Positions 1-13,599 of a stretch of 64,000 nt of DNA are shown here, piece by piece. The stretch lies in contig OZ176053.1 of assembly GCA_964247055.1 (NCBI GenBank), positions 4,960,001 through 5,024,000 of the forward strand, given 5' to 3'. The translations under genes were made by a program, and so were the position numbers. The first letter of the stretch is position 1, and each line of letters begins with the position of its first letter. The notes below the pieces were generated by a model. The model had not been told where the DNA came from. It searched no databases and worked only from the letters and a program-made list of their open reading frames with translations. This DNA is from Paragordius varius. Its lineage: Eukaryota; Animalia; Nematomorpha.

Positions 1-81
1 AATTATTCATTGTGTTTATAAAAAAAATAAAAATAGTTGCCCTCAAATTAACTTTCAGCTTTTTATGTCATGATTTTAACC

Positions 82-84
<3 letters not shown>

Positions 85-113
<29 letters not shown>
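85..113. repeat. (AT)n microsatellite
   Basis: Uninterrupted AT dinucleotide run. Similar runs occur at ~3702-3738, 45849-45912, 54647-54682 and 55061-55078. Confidence 0.95.
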
Positions 114-117
<4 letters not shown>

Positions 118-981
118 GTAATCATGTTTATTAATATTAAACTCAACTCCATAAACCACAGTTTGGAGAAAGTACATTTTTGAGAACTTGAACTTTTTTC
201 ATACCATGATAAATTATTTGAGTTGATGTAAACTGTCAAAATTGAAATAACAGACCATTTTTCTACATGGTTAATTAATAAATTATGGTAATATTGTTTT
301 GATAACATTTATACATTACTAATTTTTGGGCCTCATAATTAACCTTAATGAAAAAATGTTTAAAATAACATAAGAATATTATTTATACAAACTTTTGATT
401 AAACTTTGGGATCAATAGTCATAAATTATTTCAAAGTTTTTGATATGAGGAAATTCTTTGACTCCGAGTTAAAATATAAATGATCCTTAATGTGTGTACT
501 AATATTTTTAATTTGAGGCTTTTATTGAGAAGTTTATCTGTAAAAAATGAAGTATATAATAAGTGTTTTTTAAAATGCAAATTAAAAATTGTGAATTAGA
601 GAAACATAGACGCCCGTTATTCGAAAATGGAGTTTTTATATTTTTACGAATGCGAACATAGTATTTTATATTAGCCCTTGTATTTAGTCACTCCCTCTGT
701 TAAATGTTTCAGAACCAAGTCCCTAAATAAATATTTGAAATATTTTTTTCCCGTAAACTTTATGAAATCAATAGTTTTAATTTTGAATAAAGGCAAAAAT
801 TTAAGCTCAAGGTGAGGGCTTGTTTTATTAGTCGCTGGATAAGGCTACTTACTTCTGTAAAATACATTATATAATAATAATGTGGCTTAAAGTAAATTCT
901 CGGAAAATCCATTAGATTAAATCAATAATGGTTTTACACATTCATTGTAAAATAAAAAATGTCCGACCGCTTTTTTAATGA

Positions 982-2085
982 CCGGGTGTATTCATTTTTA
1001 TCGGATTTTTGGTAAAACATATGTATTGCCTGGATTTTTTAAGCGCTCATGGAAGGAAACCTATTATTTATTTTATTCTACATCGGATTTTATCATTTAG
1101 CTCATCTCTCAAATAAAATATGAAGGTTCGGCCAGAAATAATTGACCTTGGGGGGAAATCATTCGTCAAGCCATTTTTCAGAATTTTTAAAATTATTGAA
1201 GTGCAGCTTTGGGGGGGTGTGCCCTATTGATGCAAGTTGTATTAGAAATAAGTCCCATAGAAGCGATTTTAAGGTGTTATCCATTAGCTTCGTTTATGAG
1301 ACAAAGCATTGTCATGTGGTGAAATCGTTTTTCCTTGTTTTGTGGTTCATTCCGATTGCTTTTAATATATAGTTTTAATTAGTTATTTGAGAACGAATTC
1401 CAGTGACTTCAAAAGTTTATAATGCGCAATACGCTCTGGTCCTTTAGCCTTATTTTGAATAGAACGGCTTGGGATAAAATTCCCGATTTTTCCGCTTTGG
1501 GTTTCCAAAGTAAGCCATTACTCATCACCCATCCCAATTAGGCCAAAATGTTTTCTTTGCGTGACGTTAAAACATTTGACAAGATATTTGGCCATTTTCG
1601 ATTTGACGTTCATTCATATTCTGTGGGACCCATTTACCGAGGTTGATCTTTCCCATTGTTTTATACATATTGATTCTTTTCATGATACACTGTTGATAGG
1701 TCTGGGTTGGGTGTTCAACGAATTACTCTTGCATTTTAGCGTCTTCGTTGTGTGGCCTACAAGAGCCCCCACACTCTAACATTTGATCCCAATTTTTTTT
1801 CGAAACCATGTCTCCCTTAGGTATATAGCTAGAGCATTGACCATATTCATCACATGAACGATAACTTTCAACAGCCTTTCTCTTATTTTGTCAATGCATA
1901 CCGAAAATGTTCCTTAGGCAGAAATGATTACAGAAAGATAAAATAAGGCTAGTTTTTGGTAAACACAACTTGTGTGTTTGTCGTTCATATGAACAAAATG
2001 GAGTATGTATCAAATTAATCGTCTGTGCACTTATCCATGCCGTATTCTAGTTTATAACCGGTAAAAACTTATGAATACACATGAT
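982..2085 (-). mobile_element. Decayed mariner (Mos1-like, Tc1/mariner) element with transposase pseudogene
   Basis: Minus-strand translation, with stops and frameshifts, gives KEHFRYAL, ETWFR, KINLGKWVPQNMNERQIE, GDE*W, PKRK and HDNA, matching mariner WVPHEL, TGDEKW and HDNA motifs. Imperfect TIRs: CCGGGTGTATTCAT-TTTTATCGG (982) and the reverse complement of CCGGTAAAAACTTATGAATACAC (~2058-2080). Confidence 0.8.
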
Positions 2086-2510
2086 TAGCCGCTGACGACT
2101 TCCCTCTATTTGAAATACGCCATCGTGTAAAAACAACAGGGCTTTGAAACAATTTGACGCTCATTTTGACAATTTTTTTAGAATTTAACATAAATTTTCT
2201 TTTTATAATATGGACAATTTTTTAACCTTATGCTACTTTAATACGTAACCTTTGATTTGAAAATATTTTATTGAATTAAAAAAACCGTTTTGTTAATAGA
2301 TTATATCTTTCAGTTGTGATTGAAACGATATGAGTTTTGGGCTAAGGTTGGGCTGACCAGTTGTAGATGCGTAAGATAACCTCAAAAAACAGAAAACTTT
2401 TGACATTTCCTGTATCAATTACTGCTAATGACGAGGCCATATAAGATGATTTTTACACAAATCCTTGAAATCCCAACGCTAATAACTTTAGGGAAAATAA
2501 GCTTTAATAG

Positions 2511-2580
2511 GCGTGATGGTATAGTTGGTAGGTCATCGGACTCTTACACTGCGTGATAGAGTTCGAACCCCAACTACGCA
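2511..2580 (+). mobile_element. tRNA-derived SINE head / tRNA pseudogene (Lys-CTT-like)
   Basis: A box TGGTATAGTTGGT, B box GAGTTCGAACC, partial acceptor stem GCGTGAT/ACTACGC; anticodon and T stems are degenerate. A second related copy lies at 19135-19185 on the minus strand. Confidence 0.65.
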
Positions 2581-3189
2581 ATTTTTTCATCATAACTGTC
2601 AGTCCTAAGCAAGCCAGTGTTAAATCTTCATCCGGATATAATTAAAGTTTTTAAAAAGAGATTTCAAACTGTATATTTTATAGCCTTAAGAAAATTTTAC
2701 CTATAAACTTATGAGATATATAATATCAAATATGTAATATTAATCATTTATTAATAGTAACAGTTTATTGTTTACTATTAAATATGTAAGTTTAATTTTT
2801 TAATCATTTATACTTGATAAATATTTTTAAAAAATGGTCGATTACTCTTATTATGACCAAGGTCAGATCAGGTCCGACCGGTTTTTTGATAAAATTGTCA
2901 ATTCCATAGTAATTATGAATCCAACAAATATGAATAAATTAAAATATTAAATGTGTATGATTTTTCACTAAAATTTTATTAAAAATAGTATTGATCGACT
3001 GCACCTTATTAACTTAAATTTATATACACCGATGTGTAAAATATTTTTTGTTTTTATGACTGTTACCAAACGCGTTATTTTTGACGAAGAGCCGTAAAAC
3101 TTATTTTTAAAAGATAGGACACGACTGACGCTGAAATTATATGCTATAAAAAATTAAAATAATAACATCTATGGGCAGATCTTATAACA

Positions 3190-3640
3190 ATACGGAACAT
3201 TATTGCATTTACCACCAAGTTTTTCTGCATAGCGGAGCGAACTAAAATAGTTCTTCAAGTTTAGTAAATTATCTTAATAAAATAAGCATAGGTACTTATT
3301 ATGCCTTTATTTGTCATTTTATCTTCCCCTATTATTCAAATAATTTGTCCAGCTAAGCACACACCACATACGTTTTGATTAATTTTTTATTATTCAGGAA
3401 AGTAAACTGATTAAATCGTTACATTCCTTATTACAAAACTTCTCGCTCGCACTCAAACTAATGGTTACAAATAGACTAAATCGAAATATTCTTACGAGAC
3501 CGTTCAAGGTCGATGCCGTTATAAACAATTACCATTGTCAAACATCGACAACTCCACTATTAAATTGTTGTGCACACCGATTTATTCGATTCAGTAATGG
3601 TTGAGTCCAAATGACGTCGGTTTAATGTCGAGAGGTTTGT
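3190..3640 (-). pseudogene. P-element/THAP9-like transposase remnant
   Basis: Minus-strand fragments TLNRRHLD, CAQQFNSGVVDV (cf. AAQLFSxSVA) and LKNYFSSLR...GGKCNNVP (cf. ENFFSQIR...GGxxDHP), interrupted by stops and frameshifts. Confidence 0.5.
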
Positions 3641-3698
3641 AGTAAAATTTATTATATACACAAAACCATAGAAACTAAAATACAAATTTTTCTTAATA

Positions 3699-3741
<43 letters not shown>

Positions 3742-5233
3742 TTAATATATTTCTTAATATTACTTATCGTTTTGGGATAAGGAAGTAGAGTTGTAAATTG
3801 TTAATACATTAAATTATATTATTTAAAATTGTAATTAAAAACAGTTAATGTTGGAAAACTCATGTTTTAATATTTTTAGCGTTTTTCTATTTTTCCTGTA
3901 TAATTTCAATTTTTTATTGTAATTTGGTTTGCTGGTAAACTAAAATTTGGAGATAAGTATAGCCATTGTATTTCGCTTAATTTATATGGTTAATATTAAA
4001 CAATTATTTATAAATTAGATACAAATACGGTTAATAAAAGTGGTTTTAATATATTGATGATATACATACAGTTAATTTTCAAGGAGTTTTAGACCAAAAT
4101 TATTGTATCTTATCAAACCATTAAATGTGATATAAAAAAGAAAACGAGCTAACTTAATTATAACAGGTATCTATGGAAAAATGCTCATATAATTTCACAT
4201 GGGGACCATGCCATATAATTTTAGCTATCTGTATTTTATTCTTTAATAGAAAAATTTTTTTATATAAATAAATGTTTATTATCATGGTACAAAGCCTGCC
4301 AATATACTGTTTTACATTTTTAACTGCAAAAGTTATTAAAATATTTCATTACTAATAAATAATAAATTGTAGAAGTTTCATTTATGTAAAAGATTTATTT
4401 CAAATATATTAGGTAACATTTGTTGTATGATCTTATTTTCTTATTGTTGGAAAAAAGCAACCAGAAGCATAATTCTGATTCAATAATATATATATCTACA
4501 TTTTCATAAACATTGGTAAAAAAGAGGGATTCATTTATACTTTGATAATTGCAATAAACTTTTGTTGTATCAGCCTTAATAAGGTCATTGTTATTTAATA
4601 CTCGCATACACAGTATATTCATTGTTTTGCAATTATAAAGTCCAATATAATAATAGTTTTATAAAATTATTTATATACATACTTTCAACAGATAAATTAT
4701 GCCTGCCAATAAAAGATATTTCTAAAAAATCAATAAAATTGTCTGAGTGAGTTTTAGACTTAACCTTAATATCCCATACACGTCTGGATACATACATGTC
4801 CAATACCATAAAAAAGCATTTATTATATAAAATACATGTCCGATGTACAATAAAAAATGGCAAAAAATTTAAAAAAATCAGAGATTATAAGGGTTGAATT
4901 ATTACAGTTTTTTTATCAGGGCGAACATGTGGCATATAATAAAATAGCAAACATTTAAAAGGCAGTGGTTGGACATTGAAAAAAACCTGGATATAATATA
5001 TAAACTTTGGCTGGTATGCGTTAAGCAATTGGTTATCAGCAGGTAAAATATATATTTATATTGTATTTTATATCAACTAACGTACATAAAAAGGATTCAC
5101 ATCAAAGAGTAAACACAATTATAAATACATCATAATATTAAAAAATAAATAAGAGTTATTTGGAAATAAAATATTAAGAGTATAGTGTGTATAAAGCTAA
5201 AAATTTCAAGTGTATGCTCATTGTTCCCCAAAT

Positions 5234-6990
<1,757 letters not shown>

Positions 6991-7310
6991 TTGTTAAAAA
7001 TTGTGTTGAAAATTTAAAAATAGGAAACAAGTGAAAATATAATGGTCGTTAATTATAATGGCGGATAAATTGAACGTTTATATCGCACGAGGTAGGTAAG
7101 GAAAAACACGTGTATATGGAAAAAAAATACTTTATAATATCGTTAATTATTTTTGAAAAATTATGATTTAAAACATACTAGTACTTTGGTCATCACTTTT
7201 AGAGTTATGTCAATACGAAACCAATAATTTGAAAATTATAAACAGCGAATTATTTCAAATTAGTATATTATTATATAGAATAAATAAGAGAAAAACGCAT
7301 TATTATTATT

Positions 7311-7894
7311 TTAACACTTGGATACAACACATTCATTTTAGTCCTTCGATTCAAATTGGGGTAGTTGGATACCCCAGGCCTGTTTAAAATAAAATTCTTT
7401 AAAAAATATGGAAGGAATCAAAACCACAGTAAAATTCAGCATTTGTATAACATCAATAAACTGAATTATATAAAAATTTTATTCAAAAATACTTGATATT
7501 ACTTATTTTAAGCTAAAAGCGAAAGGCAAAAATTTAGTCAACGTGACAGCTGTGCAATAGTATTAAAAAATAAAAACAAAATAAACCGCTTTTTCTATTT
7601 CTATCAATGTTAGATGTAATTTAAATACAAAATTAGTTTTAATTAAAACGTTATAATTAAATGAAATCGATTTTTTGCAAAAATTTTGTAAAAAAATGGC
7701 GTCGAAGTAGTTTGACATGGAACTTTTTTTTCAAAACAAAGTATTATTTAGATATTTTGGCATATTTATATAATTTTTATTAGGATAGAAGCATAAATTC
7801 AAATTGGGACCGTTTCTTTCGGTAGTTTTTTAAAAATCATAAATTAAATTTAGTCTGGGGTATTTAGATACCCCAATTTGAATCAAAGTGTTAA
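7311..7894 (-). mobile_element. piggyBac-like MITE (TTAA-flanked)
   Basis: TTAA at both ends; terminal CACTT/AAGTG; internal repeat GATTCAAATTGGGGTA at both ends, with ~1 bp versus ~28 bp spacers. It is the reverse complement of 62961-63550. Confidence 0.8.
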
Positions 7895-8289
7895 TATAAT
7901 TATATAGTTCTTAATGGCCATCACAAATATCATCCAGCCGCTTATTTTTCTGTTTTTAAGGGTAAAAAATATTTAATAATTAGTCAAAACTATAACGCTA
8001 TCTTGTTTCGGGCTATTTTCCTAGTCGAGAGTTGTTTTAAAGCTATATCCGATAAATGGGTCAAATTTAAACCTTTTCATAAACACATTGACTGTTTTTA
8101 ACCCAAAACCAATTGTAACACTTTATTACCTTTTGAGATAGTTTGATATGGCAGATTTTATATCTGAAAAGAATTAAACGTATCCAAAAAATTATTTAAG
8201 TTTTTACGCCATTCTTCAACAAAATTTATTTAAAAGGTTTGTAGTTTTATATCTTAAAGCGATTTAAAATTCGAAAATAAATTAAGTAT

Positions 8290-8760
8290 ATATATATATT
8301 AGTTCGACTTAAAAAATATACTTCTTTATTGGGCGCATAATACATTTTTTTTAAAAAAATCGAATTGTAAAATTCTCATCAGACTTTTTAGCCGCCATTT
8401 GTTTTTTTCAATTATTTCTAGACTTTTAACTTTTTTTTGTAGTTTTATATCGGAAAGCTCAATTTCGTAAATAATAGTAACATTGTTTTTATTATTAGAT
8501 AAAAAGGCTTATATTTTTACATTTTTGTGATTTCTAAAATTTAAATTGGGAAACCAAAACACGATTAAAACGAACAGTTGATAAATTAAAAGATATCAGG
8601 TTTTTGATGGTAAAATGTAGCCTAAAAGCCTTTTAAATTTAATATTTTAATATATATTCATTTGCCTATTCTATTGGCGATTTAAGAATTTAAAAAAAAA
8701 TGGCGGCAAAAAAGTTTAAGATAAGGATTTTTTTACAATTTTTATATTTTTAAAAATATT
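8290..8760. repeat. Dispersed non-autonomous element family with core AAAATGGCGGCAAAAA..TTGAGATGAGG, here as an inverted pair
   Basis: Inverted copies at ~8372-8402 and ~8697-8735. Related cores at ~22247, 34350, 35000, 50510 and 62930. The left end resembles 33255-33310. Confidence 0.5.
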
Positions 8761-9631
8761 TTTTGTAAAATAAATCTAAAAGATTAAAAAAATCATATTT
8801 TTAAATTAGGCTTGATACCTTAAATATTTTTTAATATATTCAAATTACAAATCGGTCTGGGATATAAAACCAAAAGGTAAGGGACTGTTGCTACAATAGG
8901 CAAATAAATGTATGTTATGAGTAGAAAATGGTAATAATAAACTTTTAGAAGCTTTCAGATTGTATTTGACCAACAAAAACTTGATATATTTTTTTATTTT
9001 AAAATAAACTGTTTCGTTAATCATTTGGAGTTATCAATTCAGACACTGAAGCCACAAAACAGTAAAAAATAATAGCTTTAAAACAGGAGATATGTTTGAT
9101 AATTCGATCAAATAACTTTCAAAACAGTTGTTTGCCAGAAGCTGTGAGATTAAAACTATCTAAATATGTTGTCGCGGAGAGAAAGGCGAACATGAAATGT
9201 TAAATTAAATTAAAAAAACAACTTGTTAGTGGCTATTTTTTCGAAGTCGAAAACAGACATATAAGTTCATAACATTAGCTAAAGATGTAAATAAATAACT
9301 TTAGCTTTCAAATGTATTTTATCAACAAATTCGTAGTATTTATCGATTTTAAAATTCGCTGTTTGTTTTGAGTAATAAGGTTATGCCAATAAACTTATAC
9401 TTAAAACTGTATAAAATATAAATTTTATTTATGAGAACAATGTTTGATAATTGCATAGCCAAAACAACTTTCAAAAGTAGTTTATATGCAAGTTTGACTG
9501 GTCATAAAGCTACCAGATAGGAATATATAATAAAAAATATAGAAAATGTAATTTTAAAGCTACCTTTTTTTGTTATTTTTTTAATACGATAAAATACAAC
9601 AGACTAATAAATGCTTGAAAGCTTTCATTAC

Positions 9632-9921
9632 CAGTGAGTGGCACTCACAAAAAAAATTATAGTGCCTAATGAAATGATTTTTTATTTAAAGAACCGCAAT
9701 ATAATACCGACAAATAATGCAGATTCATATGCAGACACTATAACTCAGAGGTAATCACCAAAAAATTATAATGGCCGTGCAGCATATAATACCAATAAAG
9801 ATTTCATAGCTGTTAGACACATTTGCAGATATTTATACTCAAAATAAGTACATCAAAATAACTTATCAAATAATTGAGGGCCATAAAAGGCACTTTTGGG
9901 GCCGCGGTTTGAGTACCACTT
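9632..9921. mobile_element. hAT (Charlie/Buster-like) MITE
   Basis: Ends CAGTG..CACTCAC and GCCGCGGTTTGAGTACCACT. Related ends occur at ~13555-13575, ~16625-16645 and 35106-35287. No TSD found. Confidence 0.55.
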
Positions 9922-10102
9922 CTCTAACTAAATGGGTAGATAAGATTTTTGCGGGTTATATATAAGGTGACCAGATTTTTTTAAGGAAAAAGCGGGAATA
10001 TGAGAAGGGGGTCGTTGGGGGGTACAACCAAAAATTTTTATACAAAAAATTTATTGTAATATTTATTTATTTTTAACACATCATTGTAAATATAAAAAAA
10101 TT

Positions 10103-10925
10103 TGTACCTCACAGGTTGTTTGTACCTTATTCGATAAATTTACATGTGCACGAACAAAGGGTGAAGTGATTGTAATATTCTAGAAAAAAAATAAAGACGA
10201 AATCATCACAAAGTGCGCTGGGTGATGCAAGAAGCGGCACAAAAAAATATTTTTAACAATTTAGCGAATACATAATCAAAACATTATTGGCAGATACACA
10301 ACGCTATTAAAACAGCTACTGATTTGTTACCCCTGGATGTGGAAAATACAGATGTTAAAATGCTTGGATATTGTAGAACTGTTGGTTAGTTCTTTCGCCA
10401 GCGATTGAAATATTTATAAAAATGTGATCTCCTAGAATCCTATTTTTTATCACAGGACAAAGGTCAAAATTCCAAGTCAAAAAAGGTTAGAAAATAATTT
10501 TATACCATTACCTAATCGCAATATCATAAAGCATCCAGAAAAACAAGGCTCAATGAATAGCCAGAATATAAAAATGTTTTATACAAACAGAAACGATTAT
10601 ATGGAAGACAAGACGGTGCACAATGACATTTTTTATGAAGTCTCATTATTAAATATATATATTGAATGAAAACTTATATTATGGACAACAGAAAAAAATA
10701 CGTAGGATAGAAATGGTTAAAATAATCATTTTTAAACAAATTATGTTCCATACAATAATATTTTAATTGTAGAATTTGCATTATCTTTACCTGAACCACT
10801 GCTATTGAACGCGTTTTTCTACAGTAAATTAAGTAAGGACACGGAATCAAATTTAAATGTTGAATAAAAGCCATTTTATGTGTTAAAATATAATGTGACA
10901 AACTATGAAGACTTATACAATATTT
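10103..10925 (+). pseudogene. Inverted, internally deleted, diverged copy of the same hAT transposase inside the element
   Basis: Plus-strand blocks match minus-strand transposase sequence: TGTACCTCACAGGTT (10103 vs ~12475), ATCACAGGACA (10440 vs ~11795), TTAGAAAATAATTTTATACCATT (10488 vs ~11610) and GAAGACTT.TACAATATTT (10907 vs ~11050). Confidence 0.85.
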
Positions 10926-10984
10926 TAAGTAATTTTGTTTATTTTTTAACACAAAAACTTTATAGAAAATATTTTATTCTTTGG

Positions 10985-12795
10985 TATATATTTGTTTGAG
11001 TGAATGCGTTTTAGCAGATTGTCATCATTTTAAATATTGTAGAAGTCTTCACAAGAATTTGTCAAATTATATTTGACAGATAAAACGGCCTTTAAAGTTT
11101 CACTAAATTTGATTTTTCCGATGTCCACACCTGATTTACTGTGGAAAAAACGCGCTCAGTAGCAGCGTTGGTTCCAGGTAAAGATAGTGCGAATTCCACA
11201 ATTTTTAAAATATTATTGTAAGTAATATAGTTGGCTTCAAAATGATAAAATATTTCCAACCATTTCTTTTCTACTGTTAATTTTTTATCCATAATTTAAG
11301 TTTTTCATTATTAATATATCTTTTAACTAATGATACTTCAAAAAAAAGATCATTTTCTGAAAGATTACTTTTTGAGAATTTTTGGGAGCAGATAAATCAA
11401 ATGATTTTTGATCGCATCAATTAAATTCTGATTTTAATGTTATCCAATGAAAATGATCAATTTCATTGAATTGCGTCATCCAGTCTTCCAAATAATCTTT
11501 ACAGTTTGTATAAACATATGGTACAAGATATTATAGCAATTTATTAAGCCTTGTTTTTCTAAATTATTTATAATATTGCGGATGGTTAATGGTATAAAAT
11601 TATTTTCTAACCTTTCTTGGCATTGTAATTTTAGGTTACTAACTTCATTGCCGACTTCGATTGCTGAAATTTTGTCACCTTCTATCATTATTAACATTTT
11701 GAAAGAGAGAAGCTTGATTATGTAGGAACTCTAACCATATTTAGCCAATCACTTTCAAAAAACTTTTCCAAAGTTGTAGGACATCTGTCCTGTGATAAAA
11801 AATAGGATTTTAGAGGATCATACATTTTTAAATTCTTTTGATAGCTGGCAGAAGAGCTATCCGAGTTTTACAATATCCAAGCATTTTTTGATATTGAACT
11901 TCTGCATTTTCACAGAATTCCTTAAGCGTTTCAACGCGTACCATATATATAATAGGAAAATTATTTAACAACTACATTTTCCACATGTAGGGGTAACAAA
12001 TCAGCAGTTGTTTGAAAAGCCTTATGTATAATATGCGCTGCACACCCACAATAATGTTTTGATTAAGATTATCTGTTAATTTATGTAAAATATTTTTTGT
12101 TCCTCTCCTTGCTTTTCCACCAAAGTTCGTATTGGTGTTGTCAGCGCAATATGCGATAATTTTGTCTATTAAATTATTTAGAATATGCATTATTGAAGTA
12201 AATATTATTTCAGAATTTTCACCGGGTAGGGAAATTAAATCTAAAATTTAAATTTCTCCGGTTTCTGAATCAAAAAATCTTATGAAAGTGGGAAATAATT
12301 TTTCCTGGTGATTTGAAGCATCATAGTATAGGGAAAAGAAATTAATTTTTAGCAAATCTTTTTGTATTTCAGAAAATGCATGTGGCGAAAGGACATTGCA
12401 CACAATGGCTTCTGCGTTTGTACGGGCACATGTAAATTTTTATGGAATAACGTGCGAATAACCTGTGAGGTACAGTCCATTGATCTAAAAGAATGGTTGT
12501 GATTTACGGCGTGAAAGGATAAAACGCCCTCAGCTAGTGCCAAATTCTTTTCTTCCTCTCCAAAAGCGGGTTTTCGAAAAAGATCGCTCATTTTGTGAGA
12601 TGATGCCGCCATAACTAAACATCTTTTATGTTTCTGTGTTTCCATGTGCTTTGTAATATCATGTTTGCCGCCATGTGCTAGGGTGAATTCCCCCTCGCAT
12701 ATACATTTAACAGATGATTCATTCTTCGTATTTTTAATAAATATAAAATCTTTCATTAATTGATCATTGAATTTACAACCTCTTTTTGTGCTCAT
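10985..12795 (-). pseudogene. hAT transposase, frameshifted
   Basis: BED-like N-terminus (KCICEGEF..HGGKHDITKHMETQKH), AYCADNTNTNFGG, and hAT dimerisation-type C-terminus LSLPGTNAATERVFS...VKYNLTNSCEDF; several frameshifts split it into short ORFs. Confidence 0.9.
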
Positions 12796-13599
12796 ATTTA
12801 TAAACTACTATTAGTATAATAAATATTATATTACCTTAATTTTCTGGAAAAAACGTGTAAGGTACCGATTTGTGGTATCAATTTGTCTTTTAATCTAGTA
12901 ACTTGGCTTTTTGATAATAATGACAGTAGTAGTAGAGGAAGGAAAATGTATAATCATATGATATAATTCGAAAAAAATAAAAAATTTTAATTTAGAATAA
13001 AAAAATTTATTTGTATTAAAAAAATTTTTTTATATAATCGTGAAAAAGCGGGACATTTTAAAAACTTAGCGGGACGCGGGACAAAGTGTGAAAAGGGGGG
13101 ACTGTCCCGCCAAAAGCGGGACGTCTGGTCACCTTAGTTATATTCTAATATTTTGATTATAGCATCTTCTACAAAATGGATATATTTTAACATTAGCCAA
13201 TATTGACAAATCGAGTTATCATAATAAGCCAAAACATCAGCAGATATTATTCTATATTTTTTTGGGACATCCTGCTGAAAATCAATATTATTTCATCTTA
13301 ATTGGAATACCATTATGATAGACATATTCTTTAACAAGTGAAAAAGCGTCAGAACCTGAGCATAAATTCCAAAGAAAAAGGTATGAAATCCTTCTCATAA
13401 AATAAAATTCTATCACAAATTACTAAATTAAACGGCTTTGATTACTAAAAAAAATAAAGAGAAATCACCAAAAAATTTTAAATTATCATTTCTAAGCAAT
13501 AAAAAATTAATATTTCAGGTGCAATAAAAAACACGAGATTTCATGCGGCCCGTTAGCCGCGGTTTGAGTATCACTGGTTTACACAGTGCACATAGAAAA

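Larger units (their letters stand above)
9963..13136 (-). mobile_element. hAT (Blackjack-like) DNA transposon, copy 1
   Basis: Perfect 13 bp TIR TAAGGTGACCAGA/TCTGGTCACCTTA; 8 bp TSD GTTATATA/GTTATATT (7/8); clustered subterminal GCGGGAC repeats at 13045-13125; internal transposase. Confidence 0.92.

Noticed and set aside
63-308. 81 aa minus-strand ORF
   Set aside because: No recognisable motif and it ends in an (AT)n run. It could be an exon of a gene outside the window, but this cannot be supported.
2511-2580. Functional tRNA-Lys(CTT)
   Set aside because: Anticodon and T stems do not pair, and a related dispersed copy exists; treated as a SINE or pseudogene.
4395-4863. Two adjacent minus-strand ORFs downstream of tubulin
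   Set aside because: Low-complexity AT-rich translations with no motif and no consistent splice model found.
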